64,000 nucleotides of DNA from Candidatus Omnitrophota bacterium (GCA_041652815.1 JBAZGN010000001.1:182315-246314), one strand, 5' to 3'. Positions 16,570-26,620 are shown, counted from the stretch's first letter. Notes: generated by a model not told the origin, from the sequence alone. Numbers and translations are program-made.

Positions 16570-17814
16570 CTATTTGTTCCTGCGTAAACTCTCCAGAAAT
16601 TCCTTTAATTTCTTTTCTTCGCCTACATCCTTAGGGAAATAATATTTAGCTTTTGCTCCATAATCTTGCTCAACGAAACCGCCAAAGGAATGAGGGTATT
16701 TGTAATCTTTGGAGTGTGTTTTGATGTGCTTCGGCACCTCTTTTGTTTCCTCAGAATCAATATCTTTTTTCGCACTATCTATCGCGAGATAAGCTGAATT
16801 TGATTTTGGGGAGCACGCGAGATAAATTGTCGCCTGGGCTAAAATTAAATCTGACTCAGGCTTACCTATAAATTCAACGGCTTTAAAAGCGCTGGTCGCT
16901 AAAACGAGCGCAAAGGGGTTTGCATTGCCGATATCTTCCGAAGCTAAAATTACAATCCGCCTGGCGATAAAACGCGGGTCTTCCCCGGATTTAATCATTT
17001 TCGCAAGCCAGTAAAGCGCGGAGTCAACATCGCTTCCTCTTACTGATTTTATAAATGCGGAAATAGTATCGTAATGGTACGAATCTTTTTTATCATAAAA
17101 TATATTTTTCTGGATACTTTCACGAGCGGTATTTAAATCGAAATTTATCTTTCCCGATGAATCTTCCTTTGTGCTGAGTATTCCTATTTCTAAAGAGCCA
17201 AGTGCCTTTCGTGCATCTCCTGCCGACAGTACGGCTATATGCTCAAGAGCTTCTTCGCTGCAGGTAATATTCATATTTCCTAAACCGTTTTCCTTATCGG
17301 AAATTGCGCGTTTAAGAATTATCATGATATCTTCTTTGGTTAGAGGCTTAAATTCAGCGACAATCGCCCGCGAGATAAGCGATGGTATAAGGTAATAATA
17401 AGGGTTATATATGGTTGCGCCGATAAGGTTAATATTCGCGCTTTCGGTATCCGGCACGAGAGATTCCTGCTGTAATTTATTAAACCGGTGGATTTCATCT
17501 ATAAAGAGAATGGTTTTTCTACCCTTATCTGCCAATGTTTTTTTCGCATTAAGGATGATTTTCCTGACCTCAACCGAAGAAGTAAAAGAGGCATTCAGAT
17601 ATATAAAATCAGCCTCTATACTTTGAGCAACAATAAGGCCAAGGGTAGTTTTTCCGCATCCGGCAGGCCCGTGAAAGATAAGCGAAGGAAGCCTTTTGGC
17701 GATAATTGAGCGTTTTAAGAGCTTTCCTTCTCCTAAAATGTGTTTTTGGCCGATAAATTCTTCAAGGGTTTTGGGACGTAATCGCAGAGCAAGAGGTGCA
17801 TCATTTTGAGACAT
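16570..17814 (-). CDS. rarA: Replication-associated recombination protein A (RarA/MgsA AAA+ ATPase)
   Basis: Walker A GPAGCGKTT, Walker B LFIDEIHRFNK, sensor motifs, and MgsA-like C-terminal domains. Confidence 0.85.
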   Translation of the reverse strand: MSQNDAPLALRLRPKTLEEFIGQKHILGEGKLLKRSIIAKRLPSLIFHGPAGCGKTTLGLIVAQSIEADFIYLNASFTSSVEVRKIILNAKKTLADKGRKTILFIDEIHRFNKLQQESLVPDTESANINLIGATIYNPYYYLIPSLISRAIVAEFKPLTKEDIMIILKRAISDKENGLGNMNITCSEEALEHIAVLSAGDARKALGSLEIGILSTKEDSSGKINFDLNTARESIQKNIFYDKKDSYHYDTISAFIKSVRGSDVDSALYWLAKMIKSGEDPRFIARRIVILASEDIGNANPFALVLATSAFKAVEFIGKPESDLILAQATIYLACSPKSNSAYLAIDSAKKDIDSEETKEVPKHIKTHSKDYKYPHSFGGFVEQDYGAKAKYYFPKDVGEEKKLKEFLESLRRNK

Positions 17815-17836
17815 ATATTCACCACGGATTGATTTG

Positions 17837-18289
17837 CTATTTGAATCGATCTTTTATTGCGGGAGAAATAAAATAAATAAACAAGAATAGACCAAATAAA
17901 AACGGTATCAACATTGGGCACATATTTTCCGGCCAGCTTCCAGTTTTGATTGTAAATTTAATTTTTTCAATATTATTAAATCCTAAAAGATAAAAATAGC
18001 GGATGGGTTGAAAAATGCAATAAAATGGTACTAATATAAATAAAGTTAGATTTCTAGCCCAGGATTTTAATTTTTTCAAACCTATTCCAACAATAAGCAA
18101 AAATAAACTATAAGGCAGTCCGGCAAGCAAACTAACTAGAATGTCCACACCCATTGGATACGGGCCTTTACGGCCTCCATAATGGATGGTAATCATACTT
18201 TCAAAATAACCAAGAACCGCGGATAAAATTCCCCAAATAATTAAAAGCCATCCGAATATTATTGCTCTTTTTAATTTTTTTTCAGCCAT
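17837..18289 (-). CDS. Small integral membrane protein (4 predicted TM helices), function unknown
   Basis: Hydrophobic segments only. Confidence 0.4.
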   Translation of the reverse strand: MAEKKLKRAIIFGWLLIIWGILSAVLGYFESMITIHYGGRKGPYPMGVDILVSLLAGLPYSLFLLIVGIGLKKLKSWARNLTLFILVPFYCIFQPIRYFYLLGFNNIEKIKFTIKTGSWPENMCPMLIPFLFGLFLFIYFISPAIKDRFK

Positions 18290-18329
18290 AAAATTTACAT
18301 TATTTTATTTAAATCCAATAACAAACCCT

Positions 18330-18680
18330 CTGTAATATATTATCACAGAGGGTTAAAAAGGCAAAGTGGGGTGTTGGAAATTGGTTGGTGAAGTTAATTA
18401 CCCCTCGCGCCTGAATATCGTATAAATTTTCCACGCTTGTTTCACAAGCAGGAAAATTTATACGAAGCGCTTCGGGGGTGTTTTTTTGCTGCCCGAAGGA
18501 CAGCAAAAAAACACCCTGCCATCAGTCCGTCTCAGGCTTGCTGCATACAGTCCGTTTCTCATACAAGTGGGTGCTTCATCCTATTCGCCTCAGCGAAAGG
18601 AAATTCAGCTCCCGTGTATTAGGTGTTGGCTGTAGCACTTTAACCTGTTGACGCAACAGGCAGGGTTAATTTTCCCTTTC
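18330..18680. ncRNA. GC-rich, highly structured non-coding island (candidate small RNA or leader; identity unknown)
   Basis: 490 bp without a credible ORF in an otherwise densely coding, AT-rich context. Nested perfect hairpins: aaccctctgtaatatattatcacagagggtt; cgtataaattttcc-[acgcttgtttcacaagcag]-ggaaaatttatacg; mutually exclusive cttcggg/cccgaag versus gggtgtttttttgctg/cagcaaaaaaacaccc. On the minus strand, the segment from ccctgcctg to caggg (~150 nt) closes on itself. Confidence 0.35.
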
Positions 18681-18779
18681 TTCCACCTTAGTATAACATT
18701 CGCTTAACCCTATTTCAAGGCAATCAGCCAATCTTTGTGAAAACGCTTACACAATTGCGAGCATTGCGCAATCAAAGAG

Positions 18780-19154
18780 CTACCAGATTCCTTCTTCAAC
18801 CATAAAACAGGCGTTTGAGGTAACTTCGATACCGTAATTTTTAGCTTTCTCTATGGCTATACTTGACTCTGAACCCGGCTGCATCCAAATTTCTTTAATG
18901 CCCAGCTCATTACATTCATCAACTATACGCTCAGTAACGCGCGCGGGCACAACTGTAATTACCAAATCTATCTTAGTGTTGATTTCTTTTAGGCTCCGGT
19001 AGATTTTTCTTCCGGAAATTTCTCCATCGGTTGGATTTATGCCTACGACATTAAAACCGTTTTGCACAAGGTCATTGAATATTCTAAATCCAAATTTATT
19101 TTCTTTGTGCGAAACTCCTACTACGGCCATTATTTTTTTCTTTATATCCTGCAT
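18780..19154 (-). CDS. CoA-binding domain protein (YccU/YneT-like)
   Basis: 124 aa with the Rossmann-like start IMAVVGVSHKENKFGFRIFNDLVQNGFNVVGINP, typical of the CoA_binding_2 family. Confidence 0.6.
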   Translation of the reverse strand: MQDIKKKIMAVVGVSHKENKFGFRIFNDLVQNGFNVVGINPTDGEISGRKIYRSLKEINTKIDLVITVVPARVTERIVDECNELGIKEIWMQPGSESSIAIEKAKNYGIEVTSNACFMVEEGIW

Positions 19155-19224
19155 TACTTTTCTATTTTCTTAAACACCGCTCCAGCAGAAATTTCTACTT
19201 ATAGCGATATGGTTATCCACATAA

Positions 19225-20256
19225 TTAACTTTTAACAAATTTTTCTATTGCTTTGACTGCAAGTTCAATCACCGCATTCAAATCATCTGTGCAAAAAACA
19301 CCCGTAGGGGAATGCGCATAGCGGCTGGGCACACTTAATACTCCGGCAGGAATACCTTCTCTGTTCATATTAATCATTGCTCCGTCGGTCATTCCTCCCT
19401 CAACTACATCAAGCTGGTATTTTATTTTATTTGTTTTGGCTGTCTCGATAAAAAGATTTTTTATTTTTTCGCTGACAATAATCCCTCTTCCCGCAGCTTC
19501 AATCATGGTAATGCAGGCACCATACCCAAGCTTAAGATTTGATTCATTTTCCTTTATCATCGGGGTATCCCCGGCGCTGGTTGTATCTATCGCGATTGCG
19601 AAATCCGGATTTATCTTAAAAGAAGAGGTGCGTGCCCCCTTTAAGCCAACTTCTTCCTGCACCGTGCTAACTGCATAAATTTGCGCATTGATTTTTAACC
19701 TTTCCAAAATTTTTATCAAAGCAAAGCAGCCTACCCTGTCATCTATGGCTTTTCCGTAAATGAGGTTTCCGGAAAGTAAGCCTGCGTTTGGTTCAAAAAT
19801 AACTGAGTCAGCTATGGAAACTCTTTTCTCTGCCTCCTCTTTTGTCCTTGCTCCGATATCGATAAACATATCAGTATATTTTATCGGATTTTTCCTTTCT
19901 TCTTCTTTGACGAGGTGCGGCGGTTTCATTCCGATAATCCCGAAAGCATCTCCTTTTTTTGATTTTACAACAACACGCTGGCCAACAAGCACTCTGTCAT
20001 CTATCCCGCCGATTTTAATAAAATTAAGGTACCCATCTTTGGTTATATATTTCACAAGAAGGCCTATTTCATCCATATGCGCGGCAACCATAATTTTTTT
20101 TACGCCTTTTCCTTTACGTGCTATCACATTCCCGAAACCGTCGATTTCTACTTCTTTTGTAATTTTCTTGAACTCATCATACATTATTTTTGTAATCTCG
20201 CTTTCATACCCTGAAACGCCTGCGGCATTGATTACTTTTTTAAGTAATGGGTCCAT
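19225..20256 (-). CDS. M42-family metallo-aminopeptidase (FrvX/YsdC-like)
   Basis: N-terminal VSGYE; His/Asp/Glu metal-ligand blocks (HMDEIG, DDRVG, EEVGLKGA) in the M42 order. Confidence 0.8.
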   Translation of the reverse strand: MDPLLKKVINAAGVSGYESEITKIMYDEFKKITKEVEIDGFGNVIARKGKGVKKIMVAAHMDEIGLLVKYITKDGYLNFIKIGGIDDRVLVGQRVVVKSKKGDAFGIIGMKPPHLVKEEERKNPIKYTDMFIDIGARTKEEAEKRVSIADSVIFEPNAGLLSGNLIYGKAIDDRVGCFALIKILERLKINAQIYAVSTVQEEVGLKGARTSSFKINPDFAIAIDTTSAGDTPMIKENESNLKLGYGACITMIEAAGRGIIVSEKIKNLFIETAKTNKIKYQLDVVEGGMTDGAMINMNREGIPAGVLSVPSRYAHSPTGVFCTDDLNAVIELAVKAIEKFVKS

Positions 20257-20280
20257 TTTGCCTCCTTATTGATTTGCGAT

Positions 20281-20550
20281 AACGTCTCTCGGTTACGGTT
20301 ACGATGCCCGTTTCGTCTTACGGTTACGTTTTACGTTTCAATTAAAATAACCAATAACCAAGGTACAAGATACAAACAATATCCAAATTCCAATTACCAA
20401 TAACCAAACAAAAACGTTTGGTTATTGAATTTTGGTTATTGCTCATTGTTTGGTTATTGTTTCTTGTATCTTGGTTATTTATTTCCATAGGCGTTACCGC
20501 TAAACGTAACCGAAACGGGCTTCGTTGCCGTTACCATAGCCGCTATCAAA
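20281..20550. repeat. Copy B of the 'ggttattg' palindromic element, nested inside an outer 'cggttacg' inverted repeat (total ~270 bp, near-perfect dyad)
   Basis: Outer arms are cggttacggttacgatgcccgtttcg and cgaaacgggcttcgttgccgttacc. The inner part is aataaccaataaccaaggtacaagatacaaacaat ... attgtttggttattgtttcttgtatcttggttatt. Confidence 0.7.
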
Positions 20551-20554
20551 ATTT

Positions 20555-20998
20555 TCATTTTTTAGCCATATTCAAATTAGCATGCGCAAGCCACTGCCAG
20601 CCTTTTTCTGTTTTAATCCATACGCTAAGCCTGGGTGTAGGCGTATCCGATAACTGCGTACCGCCAACGGTTTCTTTGGATATCTGCGCTAAATAAGTAA
20701 CTACTATGGTATCTGCCTGCCTGGTAACATCGAATTTACTTAACTTATAATCGCCCAAACCTAAATCTTTTATCAACTTAATTTCCTGGCCTCTGCCGCG
20801 CATCCCGTCTTCGTGAATTGATTGAAATGCATCGGCTATTTTTGGTTCATACATTTCGGTTTTACCTGTTTTCATGTCTTCCCACATCTGCCTTTCGAGC
20901 ATTTCCCCAACACTCATATCGCTCTCGGCATAAATACCGGCAGAGAAAATTATGGATATGGCAATAACAACTATTGTGACGATTATATTTTTTTTCAT
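20555..20998 (-). CDS. Secreted NTF2-like (DUF4440/SnoaL-like) protein
   Basis: Signal peptide, then about 120 aa with W/E-rich motifs typical of NTF2-fold proteins. Function unknown. Confidence 0.35.
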   Translation of the reverse strand: MKKNIIVTIVVIAISIIFSAGIYAESDMSVGEMLERQMWEDMKTGKTEMYEPKIADAFQSIHEDGMRGRGQEIKLIKDLGLGDYKLSKFDVTRQADTIVVTYLAQISKETVGGTQLSDTPTPRLSVWIKTEKGWQWLAHANLNMAKK

Positions 20999-21063
20999 AC
21001 CATCTCCTTTTCAATGAGCACAGCATTTTTTCGAGCCGCCCTGGCGAAGAAAAAATGTTGGCT

Positions 21064-21528
21064 TCATTTACGTTCTATCTCGTATATATTTATAAGTTGC
21101 TTCCTGGTAACCTCAAGCCTCTGGGTAAACACGCCGGCAAGGCGCTTAAGCAGTTCGTAGCCTAAATCGTGATTTTCTTCGCATTTATTTCTTAAACATT
21201 TTCCATCCAAAATAATTGCGCGAGTTTCTTCAATCGCGCGGCAGGTAAATCGGTAAAAATGAGGCGGTATGAGCCATGACCAGCCAAGTATATCGCCGCC
21301 TGCGACTGTTTGAACTGTAATTGGCTCGTGTTGTGGAATATTTATTTCCAAGGCAACTTTTCCTTCGCGCACAAGAAAGAATTTATCTGCTGCGTCTCCT
21401 TCCCGAAGAATTATTTCTCCTTCCTTAAAACGCACGTTCGAAGCGCAGCCTACTATAAAATTGAGATATTCTGCTTTTAGCCCTTTAAAAAACGGGTGTT
21501 CTTCCAAAACCGGTTTAAGGTCATGCAT
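21064..21528 (-). CDS. Cyclic-nucleotide-binding domain protein (stand-alone cNMP-binding, no HTH)
   Basis: FKGL...FKEGEIILREGDAADKFFLVREGKVALE and GGDILGWSWLI match the CAP-family cNMP-binding jelly-roll. The protein is only 154 aa and lacks a DNA-binding domain. Confidence 0.7.
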   Translation of the reverse strand: MHDLKPVLEEHPFFKGLKAEYLNFIVGCASNVRFKEGEIILREGDAADKFFLVREGKVALEINIPQHEPITVQTVAGGDILGWSWLIPPHFYRFTCRAIEETRAIILDGKCLRNKCEENHDLGYELLKRLAGVFTQRLEVTRKQLINIYEIERK

Positions 21529-21634
21529 TTTAAACCTCCTCTATTATAGAAACGGATATACACGGGAATCTGTTTCTATCTTACTGCTAGATAATAACTT
21601 TTTCAATAAGTTACGGTTTTGTAACCTTAACTTC

Positions 21635-23005
21635 TTATTCAACTAAACGTATATTCGTAATGCGCGAGATTAAAGACCCTTTCTTGGAACCTTCACCAAG
21701 AGATAAATCACTGACAATTACCCGGTTTACAACCCGGCTGATATTTTCTGAACCACTCATTTGGCCATAACCGTGTGTTTCATGAATTACATATGGAGTA
21801 TTTTTATGCATACCTATATATAAAACTATATGCCCTTTCATTTGTAAAATTGTCGCGCCGGGAATTGCTTCTTGTTTAATTATTTTTAATTTTTCCTCTG
21901 TTTCGCTTCCAGCCTTAACCAAAGGTATACCGATTTTAGCTTGAGCCGAAGAGTTGCGTGGTAAAGTTATTCCTACAGTCATAAATATTTCCTGTATATA
22001 GCTTGAACAATCTTGTTCGCCATCCATACCACCCCAACCATAAGGGCTGTTTAACAATTTAAATGCCTGCTCAATAATATTTCTTGCGGTATAAGGTAAA
22101 TATCCTATGTTTGCATCCTGTTTTTTAATATAAGCTTTTTGCGCAGAAAATTTTCCATCTTTCGCCCTTAAAGGAATTGTAATTTCAAAGGCTCGGGGGT
22201 TACCTGTTTCGTTGAACGTGAATTTAGCACCCATTCTTACGTAATCGTAATACTTAGTTAAGCTTTCATCCAAAAAAATATCTGCTTTGGCAGATGTAAT
22301 TACAACGAAATTTTCCTCCGACAATAAATCCTTAAGCTCAGAAGGCTCACAAAAGGCTACTCTTTCCTTTTTAAACCAACCGCTGCTTGAAGGAGCATCT
22401 GCATATATCCAAAGGCCGTCTTTGCTTTCATGTAAAATAACAAGTGGCGTTCCTACGTCTAAAGAGCTATTTTGCAATTCATCGAACTCCAAATCACCCG
22501 GCTCTTTAGTCAATAATTCATCCGTTGGGATAAGCCGCTGGTTGTCATAATGCGCTAAAAATCCATAACCGACATTAAACTTATCGGGCATTTGGGATAA
22601 ATTCATATTCTGTTTGATAGGCGCATAGAAAGTTTCATCGGCTAACTTTCCGTCTGCAGTGTAAAGTTTTTGTTTAGAAAAATTTTCTATTTCCTTTTGC
22701 AAATCGCTTTTTAATCTTTTTCCGTTGTAGCGCAAAGATTCCTTCAAGGGATTGATTATCAAATTTAATTCTTTTTCTATTTTCGTATTTAATTCATCAA
22801 TGCCTTTCGCATCGAGAATAACTTTGTCGGGATTTTCTATTTTGGCTATCCAGAAACCCGCGGTCTTCATTTCTCTTATGGTGTCAGGAATGCTTACGGG
22901 GGCTGGAAGGCTAGTTCTTTGTTGCACGTTGCAGCAGCCAGAGCTAAACAATAAACAAAAAATTAATATGTAATAAGAGTTTTTCATTATGCAAACAAAC
23001 GGCAT
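21635..23005 (-). CDS. NlpC/P60-family peptidoglycan endopeptidase lipoprotein with N-terminal SH3b-like domains (YkfC-like)
   Basis: Lipobox-like LLFSSGCC. C-terminal catalytic motifs PYGWGGMDGEQDCSSYIQEIF (Cys) and GHIVLYIG (His), with a terminal His. Confidence 0.7.
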   Translation of the reverse strand: MPFVCIMKNSYYILIFCLLFSSGCCNVQQRTSLPAPVSIPDTIREMKTAGFWIAKIENPDKVILDAKGIDELNTKIEKELNLIINPLKESLRYNGKRLKSDLQKEIENFSKQKLYTADGKLADETFYAPIKQNMNLSQMPDKFNVGYGFLAHYDNQRLIPTDELLTKEPGDLEFDELQNSSLDVGTPLVILHESKDGLWIYADAPSSSGWFKKERVAFCEPSELKDLLSEENFVVITSAKADIFLDESLTKYYDYVRMGAKFTFNETGNPRAFEITIPLRAKDGKFSAQKAYIKKQDANIGYLPYTARNIIEQAFKLLNSPYGWGGMDGEQDCSSYIQEIFMTVGITLPRNSSAQAKIGIPLVKAGSETEEKLKIIKQEAIPGATILQMKGHIVLYIGMHKNTPYVIHETHGYGQMSGSENISRVVNRVIVSDLSLGEGSKKGSLISRITNIRLVE

Positions 23006-24153
23006 AACTGTCCTGTTATGATTCCAAGATAAGTACCTACAATATTTCCCAGTATCGCAAGCAATAACCCGACTGAAGCAAGCCCCGGCTCATAAATTGC
23101 GGCAACGATCGGCGCTGAAGCAACTCCGCCGATATTTGCCTGGCTGGCAACTGCGACTAAAAACATAGGCGCCTTCATGAGGCGCGAGGCAAAAAGAAGC
23201 ACAATTGCATGCAGAATAACTATGAGAAAACCGGCGGCAATAAGAATAAGGGTAGCGTTGATATGCGAAATATTCGACCGCGCGCCTATTGAAGTTAAAA
23301 CGAAATATAATATGAAATAACCTATTTTTTCCGAGCCGAAATTTTCAAGTTTTTTAAGCGGCGTTAGCGAAAAAGAAATTCCTAAAAGAGAAATAATTAT
23401 AATTGCCCAGGTATAATTTGAGATAACATTTTTTATTGCCGGTAATTTATTGGCAATATAGATTGAAACAATGCCTGCTACAACAGCAATAATAAATATA
23501 AGGCATATTTTTTGTAAGCTAAAATGTTTTTCTTTGCTGCAATTGACGCCTGAAACATGGCAGCTTAATGTGTTAATAATTTCTCTATTTGAACGGTTCC
23601 ACTTGTCATATATTGGCTGTAAAGTTACGGCTGCAACCAGTATTCCCATCCAGGCATAAGGAACGATTGTATCAACGATAACCATGGGAGTAAAAACGGC
23701 GTCAGGCGTGCCTAAGGCTTCTTTTGCCGCAATCATATTGCTGCTTCCGCCTGTCCAGGAAGCTGACAAAGCCCCAAAACCTGACCACATTTGAACGCCA
23801 ACCCACTGTTTAACAAGATAAAACACAAAAGGTGTAGCTATCATAATGCCAAGGCTTCCTGCGAGCATCATTATAAGAGCTTGTTTCTCAAGCTTTAAAA
23901 TCGCTCTAATGTCTGAGCTGAGTAACAAAAGTACAAGCGCTGACGGAAGCAGATAAAAAGAGATGGTTTGGAAAATTGGGCTTTTTGAATCAATTAAACC
24001 AAAACTTGAGGAAAGCATCGGCAGGAAATATATCCAAAACACTGCCGGGATAAATTTAAAATATTTTTTAAATTTTGGGTGGCTTGATACAGAAAGCACC
24101 AAAGTTTCAATTGCCAGAAGAAAAACAATTATCGCAAAGCTGTTGGTTATCAT
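22987..24153 (-). CDS. Polytopic membrane protein (DUF819-like), possible transporter linked to the peptide-recycling genes
   Basis: About 11 predicted TM helices. It overlaps both neighbours by a few nucleotides, indicating translational coupling. Confidence 0.4.
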   Translation of the reverse strand: MITNSFAIIVFLLAIETLVLSVSSHPKFKKYFKFIPAVFWIYFLPMLSSSFGLIDSKSPIFQTISFYLLPSALVLLLLSSDIRAILKLEKQALIMMLAGSLGIMIATPFVFYLVKQWVGVQMWSGFGALSASWTGGSSNMIAAKEALGTPDAVFTPMVIVDTIVPYAWMGILVAAVTLQPIYDKWNRSNREIINTLSCHVSGVNCSKEKHFSLQKICLIFIIAVVAGIVSIYIANKLPAIKNVISNYTWAIIIISLLGISFSLTPLKKLENFGSEKIGYFILYFVLTSIGARSNISHINATLILIAAGFLIVILHAIVLLFASRLMKAPMFLVAVASQANIGGVASAPIVAAIYEPGLASVGLLLAILGNIVGTYLGIITGQLCRLFA

Positions 24154-25226
24154 TTAGGATTAATACCTATGCCTGCTTTTACCTTTGTTAAATCATAAAT
24201 GCCGCGTGAATTTAAATAAGGATTTTTTACGCCTTCTTTTAGAAAAAATGGCGTATCAAGGTCTACATACTTAAAACAGCCAAGCCCTGCTGCAAAGTGC
24301 GCTGAAGCTGTCATAGCCAAAGAACTTTCAAGCATTCCTCCAATCATTAAATTAAGCCCTGCTTGATGCGCAAGGCGTGCTATTTCCCTTGCCTGTATCA
24401 AGCCTGATTTCATAAGTTTTATGTTTACAGCGGAAACTGCTTTTTCTTTTATCGCCTTTATGCAATCATTAACGGTGCTTACGCTTTCATCAGCGCAAAC
24501 AGGCACCTTTGAATCTCTTGTAACTTTACCTAAACCTTGCCAATCATCTTTTTTGACCGGTTGTTCGATTAAATCAGGAATTATGTTTACTTTTTTGAGC
24601 AAGTTTAAAAAATAAAGTGTTTCTTTCGCGTTATAACCCTGATTTGCATCAAGATAAATCCTGGAATTTTTTGCAATCTTTTTAACGATACACACTCTTC
24701 TAAAATCAAGGCCCATATTTTTACCGATTTTAACCTTAAAAGCACGAAAGCCCTTTTGATAAAAATTTTTTATTGATTTTTCTGTTTCTGCCAAATCAGA
24801 AATCACAATCGTAATATCTGTTGAAAGTTTTTTTGCTGAATTTCCGAAAAAATTCCATAGAGGAATTTTCATTTTTTTGGTTAAGGCATCAAGCAGCGCC
24901 ATTTCAATAGCAGCTACAGCGCTTTTATTGCGGGGCAAGCTATTGTTGAGTTCTGCGGAGATAAAAAGATAGTCACAAATGCTTTTCCCTATTAGGCTAT
25001 TACCTGCAACCTTTAAATTTTTTGAAGTCTCCTCTATAGTTTCTCCTGTAATATGCGTGGCTATACCTGCTTCGCCGTAACCTTCTATCCCGTTTTCTAA
25101 TTTAAGCGTGAATAAAATATTTTCTAAGTTCTTATGCTCGCCCAAAGAGGTGCGGAAAGGACAAATCAGCCCTTTTTTCAAAATACTTACTGAAAAGCTT
25201 GAAATGCGCAGACTTTTATCGGACAT
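24150..25226 (-). CDS. Dipeptide epimerase (L-Ala-D/L-Glu epimerase-like), enolase superfamily
   Basis: MR/MLE motifs KVKIG, DANQGY, IEQP, ADES and the overall length match the pattern. The NlpC/P60 neighbour mirrors the ykfB/ykfC arrangement. Confidence 0.7.
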   Translation of the reverse strand: MSDKSLRISSFSVSILKKGLICPFRTSLGEHKNLENILFTLKLENGIEGYGEAGIATHITGETIEETSKNLKVAGNSLIGKSICDYLFISAELNNSLPRNKSAVAAIEMALLDALTKKMKIPLWNFFGNSAKKLSTDITIVISDLAETEKSIKNFYQKGFRAFKVKIGKNMGLDFRRVCIVKKIAKNSRIYLDANQGYNAKETLYFLNLLKKVNIIPDLIEQPVKKDDWQGLGKVTRDSKVPVCADESVSTVNDCIKAIKEKAVSAVNIKLMKSGLIQAREIARLAHQAGLNLMIGGMLESSLAMTASAHFAAGLGCFKYVDLDTPFFLKEGVKNPYLNSRGIYDLTKVKAGIGINPK

Positions 25227-25389
25227 AACAGAAATTATGTTACCGCTTCGGCTTTAGATTTGCAACGAGAAAGTATCACGTATCAGGTAACACGCAACAG
25301 GCCTTTAAAAACGTGATACGTCCACTCCAAGTGGACTCGCCTAAATGTTTTTATATGGTGGCGAGGTTACGTGCGACGTGATACCTAAT

Positions 25390-26541
25390 TTATAATCTGC
25401 GCAATAACACAAGCGTTTCAAGGTGAGGAGTGTGCGGAAAGAAATCAAATGGCTCAATGAATTCCGGCTTGTAGGCGACGGACAATTCTTTAAGGTTTGC
25501 AAAAAGCGTATCGGGGTTACAGGAAGAATAGAATATGGTTTTAGGATTCAGCCGTAAAACCGCTCTTATTATTTTGTTGGATAAACCGGGGCGCGGAGGG
25601 TTAATGATTAAAACATCTATATCCTTATAAAAAGTGCCTTGGGTGTTTAAAAAAGCTCTCGCGTCAGCGGTAAAGAAAGAAATATTTTCGATATTGTTTT
25701 CTTTGGCATTCTGCCAGGCGCAGTCAATTATCGCCTGTGAAACCTCTACTCCCCAGACGAACTTTGCCATACCGGCAAGAAAGATGCCTATCGAGCCGCC
25801 GCCGCAAAAAAGGTCCAAAACTTTTTCTTCTTTGCTAAGCTTAGCGTAATCTCTTATTTTTCCATAAAGATTTCTTATCGCCAGCGGATTGACCTGGAAG
25901 AATGAGTCAATTGCGATTTTGAATTTGAATTCATCCAGTTTTTCTTCGATGAAAGGTTCTCCAAAGAGTAACTCCTTCTTTTCGAATATAACTGCATCAG
26001 AAATAGAATCATTAACGATACGATAAACTGATTTTAGGGTTGAATTGAGGTTTAACCTTTTAAGCATACTAGTAAAACCATCTTTATCCAATTCTTCGCT
26101 GCTTGTCGTAACCAAGCCAAGCATCAGTTCATTTGTGAATTTGGTTTCCCGCATAACGAGGTTTCTTAAGAAACCTTTATGTGAAAACTTGTTATAAACG
26201 GAATTCCCTTTCATTGTAAAGAAATCTTTGACTGCTTTTAGCACGATTCCGGCATCCTTTGAAAAAATAAGGCATTCGGAAACATCAATCAATTCTCCAT
26301 GGCTTCCTTTTTTATATAAACCACAAGTAATCCCTTCGTTTCTCCCGAAGCTAAATTCCATTTTATTGCGGTAGAACCATTCTTTATACGAATTAATCGG
26401 TTTTAATTCACAGTTAATTCCATATGCCAACATTAACTCTCTTATGCTTTCCTCTTTACAAAGCATTTGCACAGAATAGGAAATATCCTGAAAACTGCAT
26501 CCACCGCATTGCCCAAAATGTTTGCATATGCCTGTTCTCAT
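25390..26541 (-). CDS. 23S rRNA (uracil-C5)-methyltransferase, RumA/RlmD family (no TRAM domain)
   Basis: N-terminal Fe-S cysteine cluster CKHFGQCGGC, SAM-binding DLFCGGGSIG, and the catalytic region PPRPG...SCNP. Confidence 0.75.
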   Translation of the reverse strand: MRTGICKHFGQCGGCSFQDISYSVQMLCKEESIRELMLAYGINCELKPINSYKEWFYRNKMEFSFGRNEGITCGLYKKGSHGELIDVSECLIFSKDAGIVLKAVKDFFTMKGNSVYNKFSHKGFLRNLVMRETKFTNELMLGLVTTSSEELDKDGFTSMLKRLNLNSTLKSVYRIVNDSISDAVIFEKKELLFGEPFIEEKLDEFKFKIAIDSFFQVNPLAIRNLYGKIRDYAKLSKEEKVLDLFCGGGSIGIFLAGMAKFVWGVEVSQAIIDCAWQNAKENNIENISFFTADARAFLNTQGTFYKDIDVLIINPPRPGLSNKIIRAVLRLNPKTIFYSSCNPDTLFANLKELSVAYKPEFIEPFDFFPHTPHLETLVLLRRL

Positions 26542-26579
26542 TGCTGAAATACCCCTTCAATTATGAATAACTACCTTTT

Positions 26580-26613
26580 ATATTCCTCTTATTCGTGCGA
26601 ATAAGAGGAATAT
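26580..26613. repeat. Perfect 15-bp hairpin between the rumA start and the nitroreductase stop
   Basis: atattcctcttattcg-tg-cgaataagaggaatat. Confidence 0.5.
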
Positions 26614-26620
26614 CTCTACA

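Noticed and set aside
18309-18622. Two small ORFs (65 and 61 aa) in the GC-rich island
   Set aside because: They are antisense to one another and read through perfect palindromes, with no start context. The region is better explained as structured RNA or DNA.
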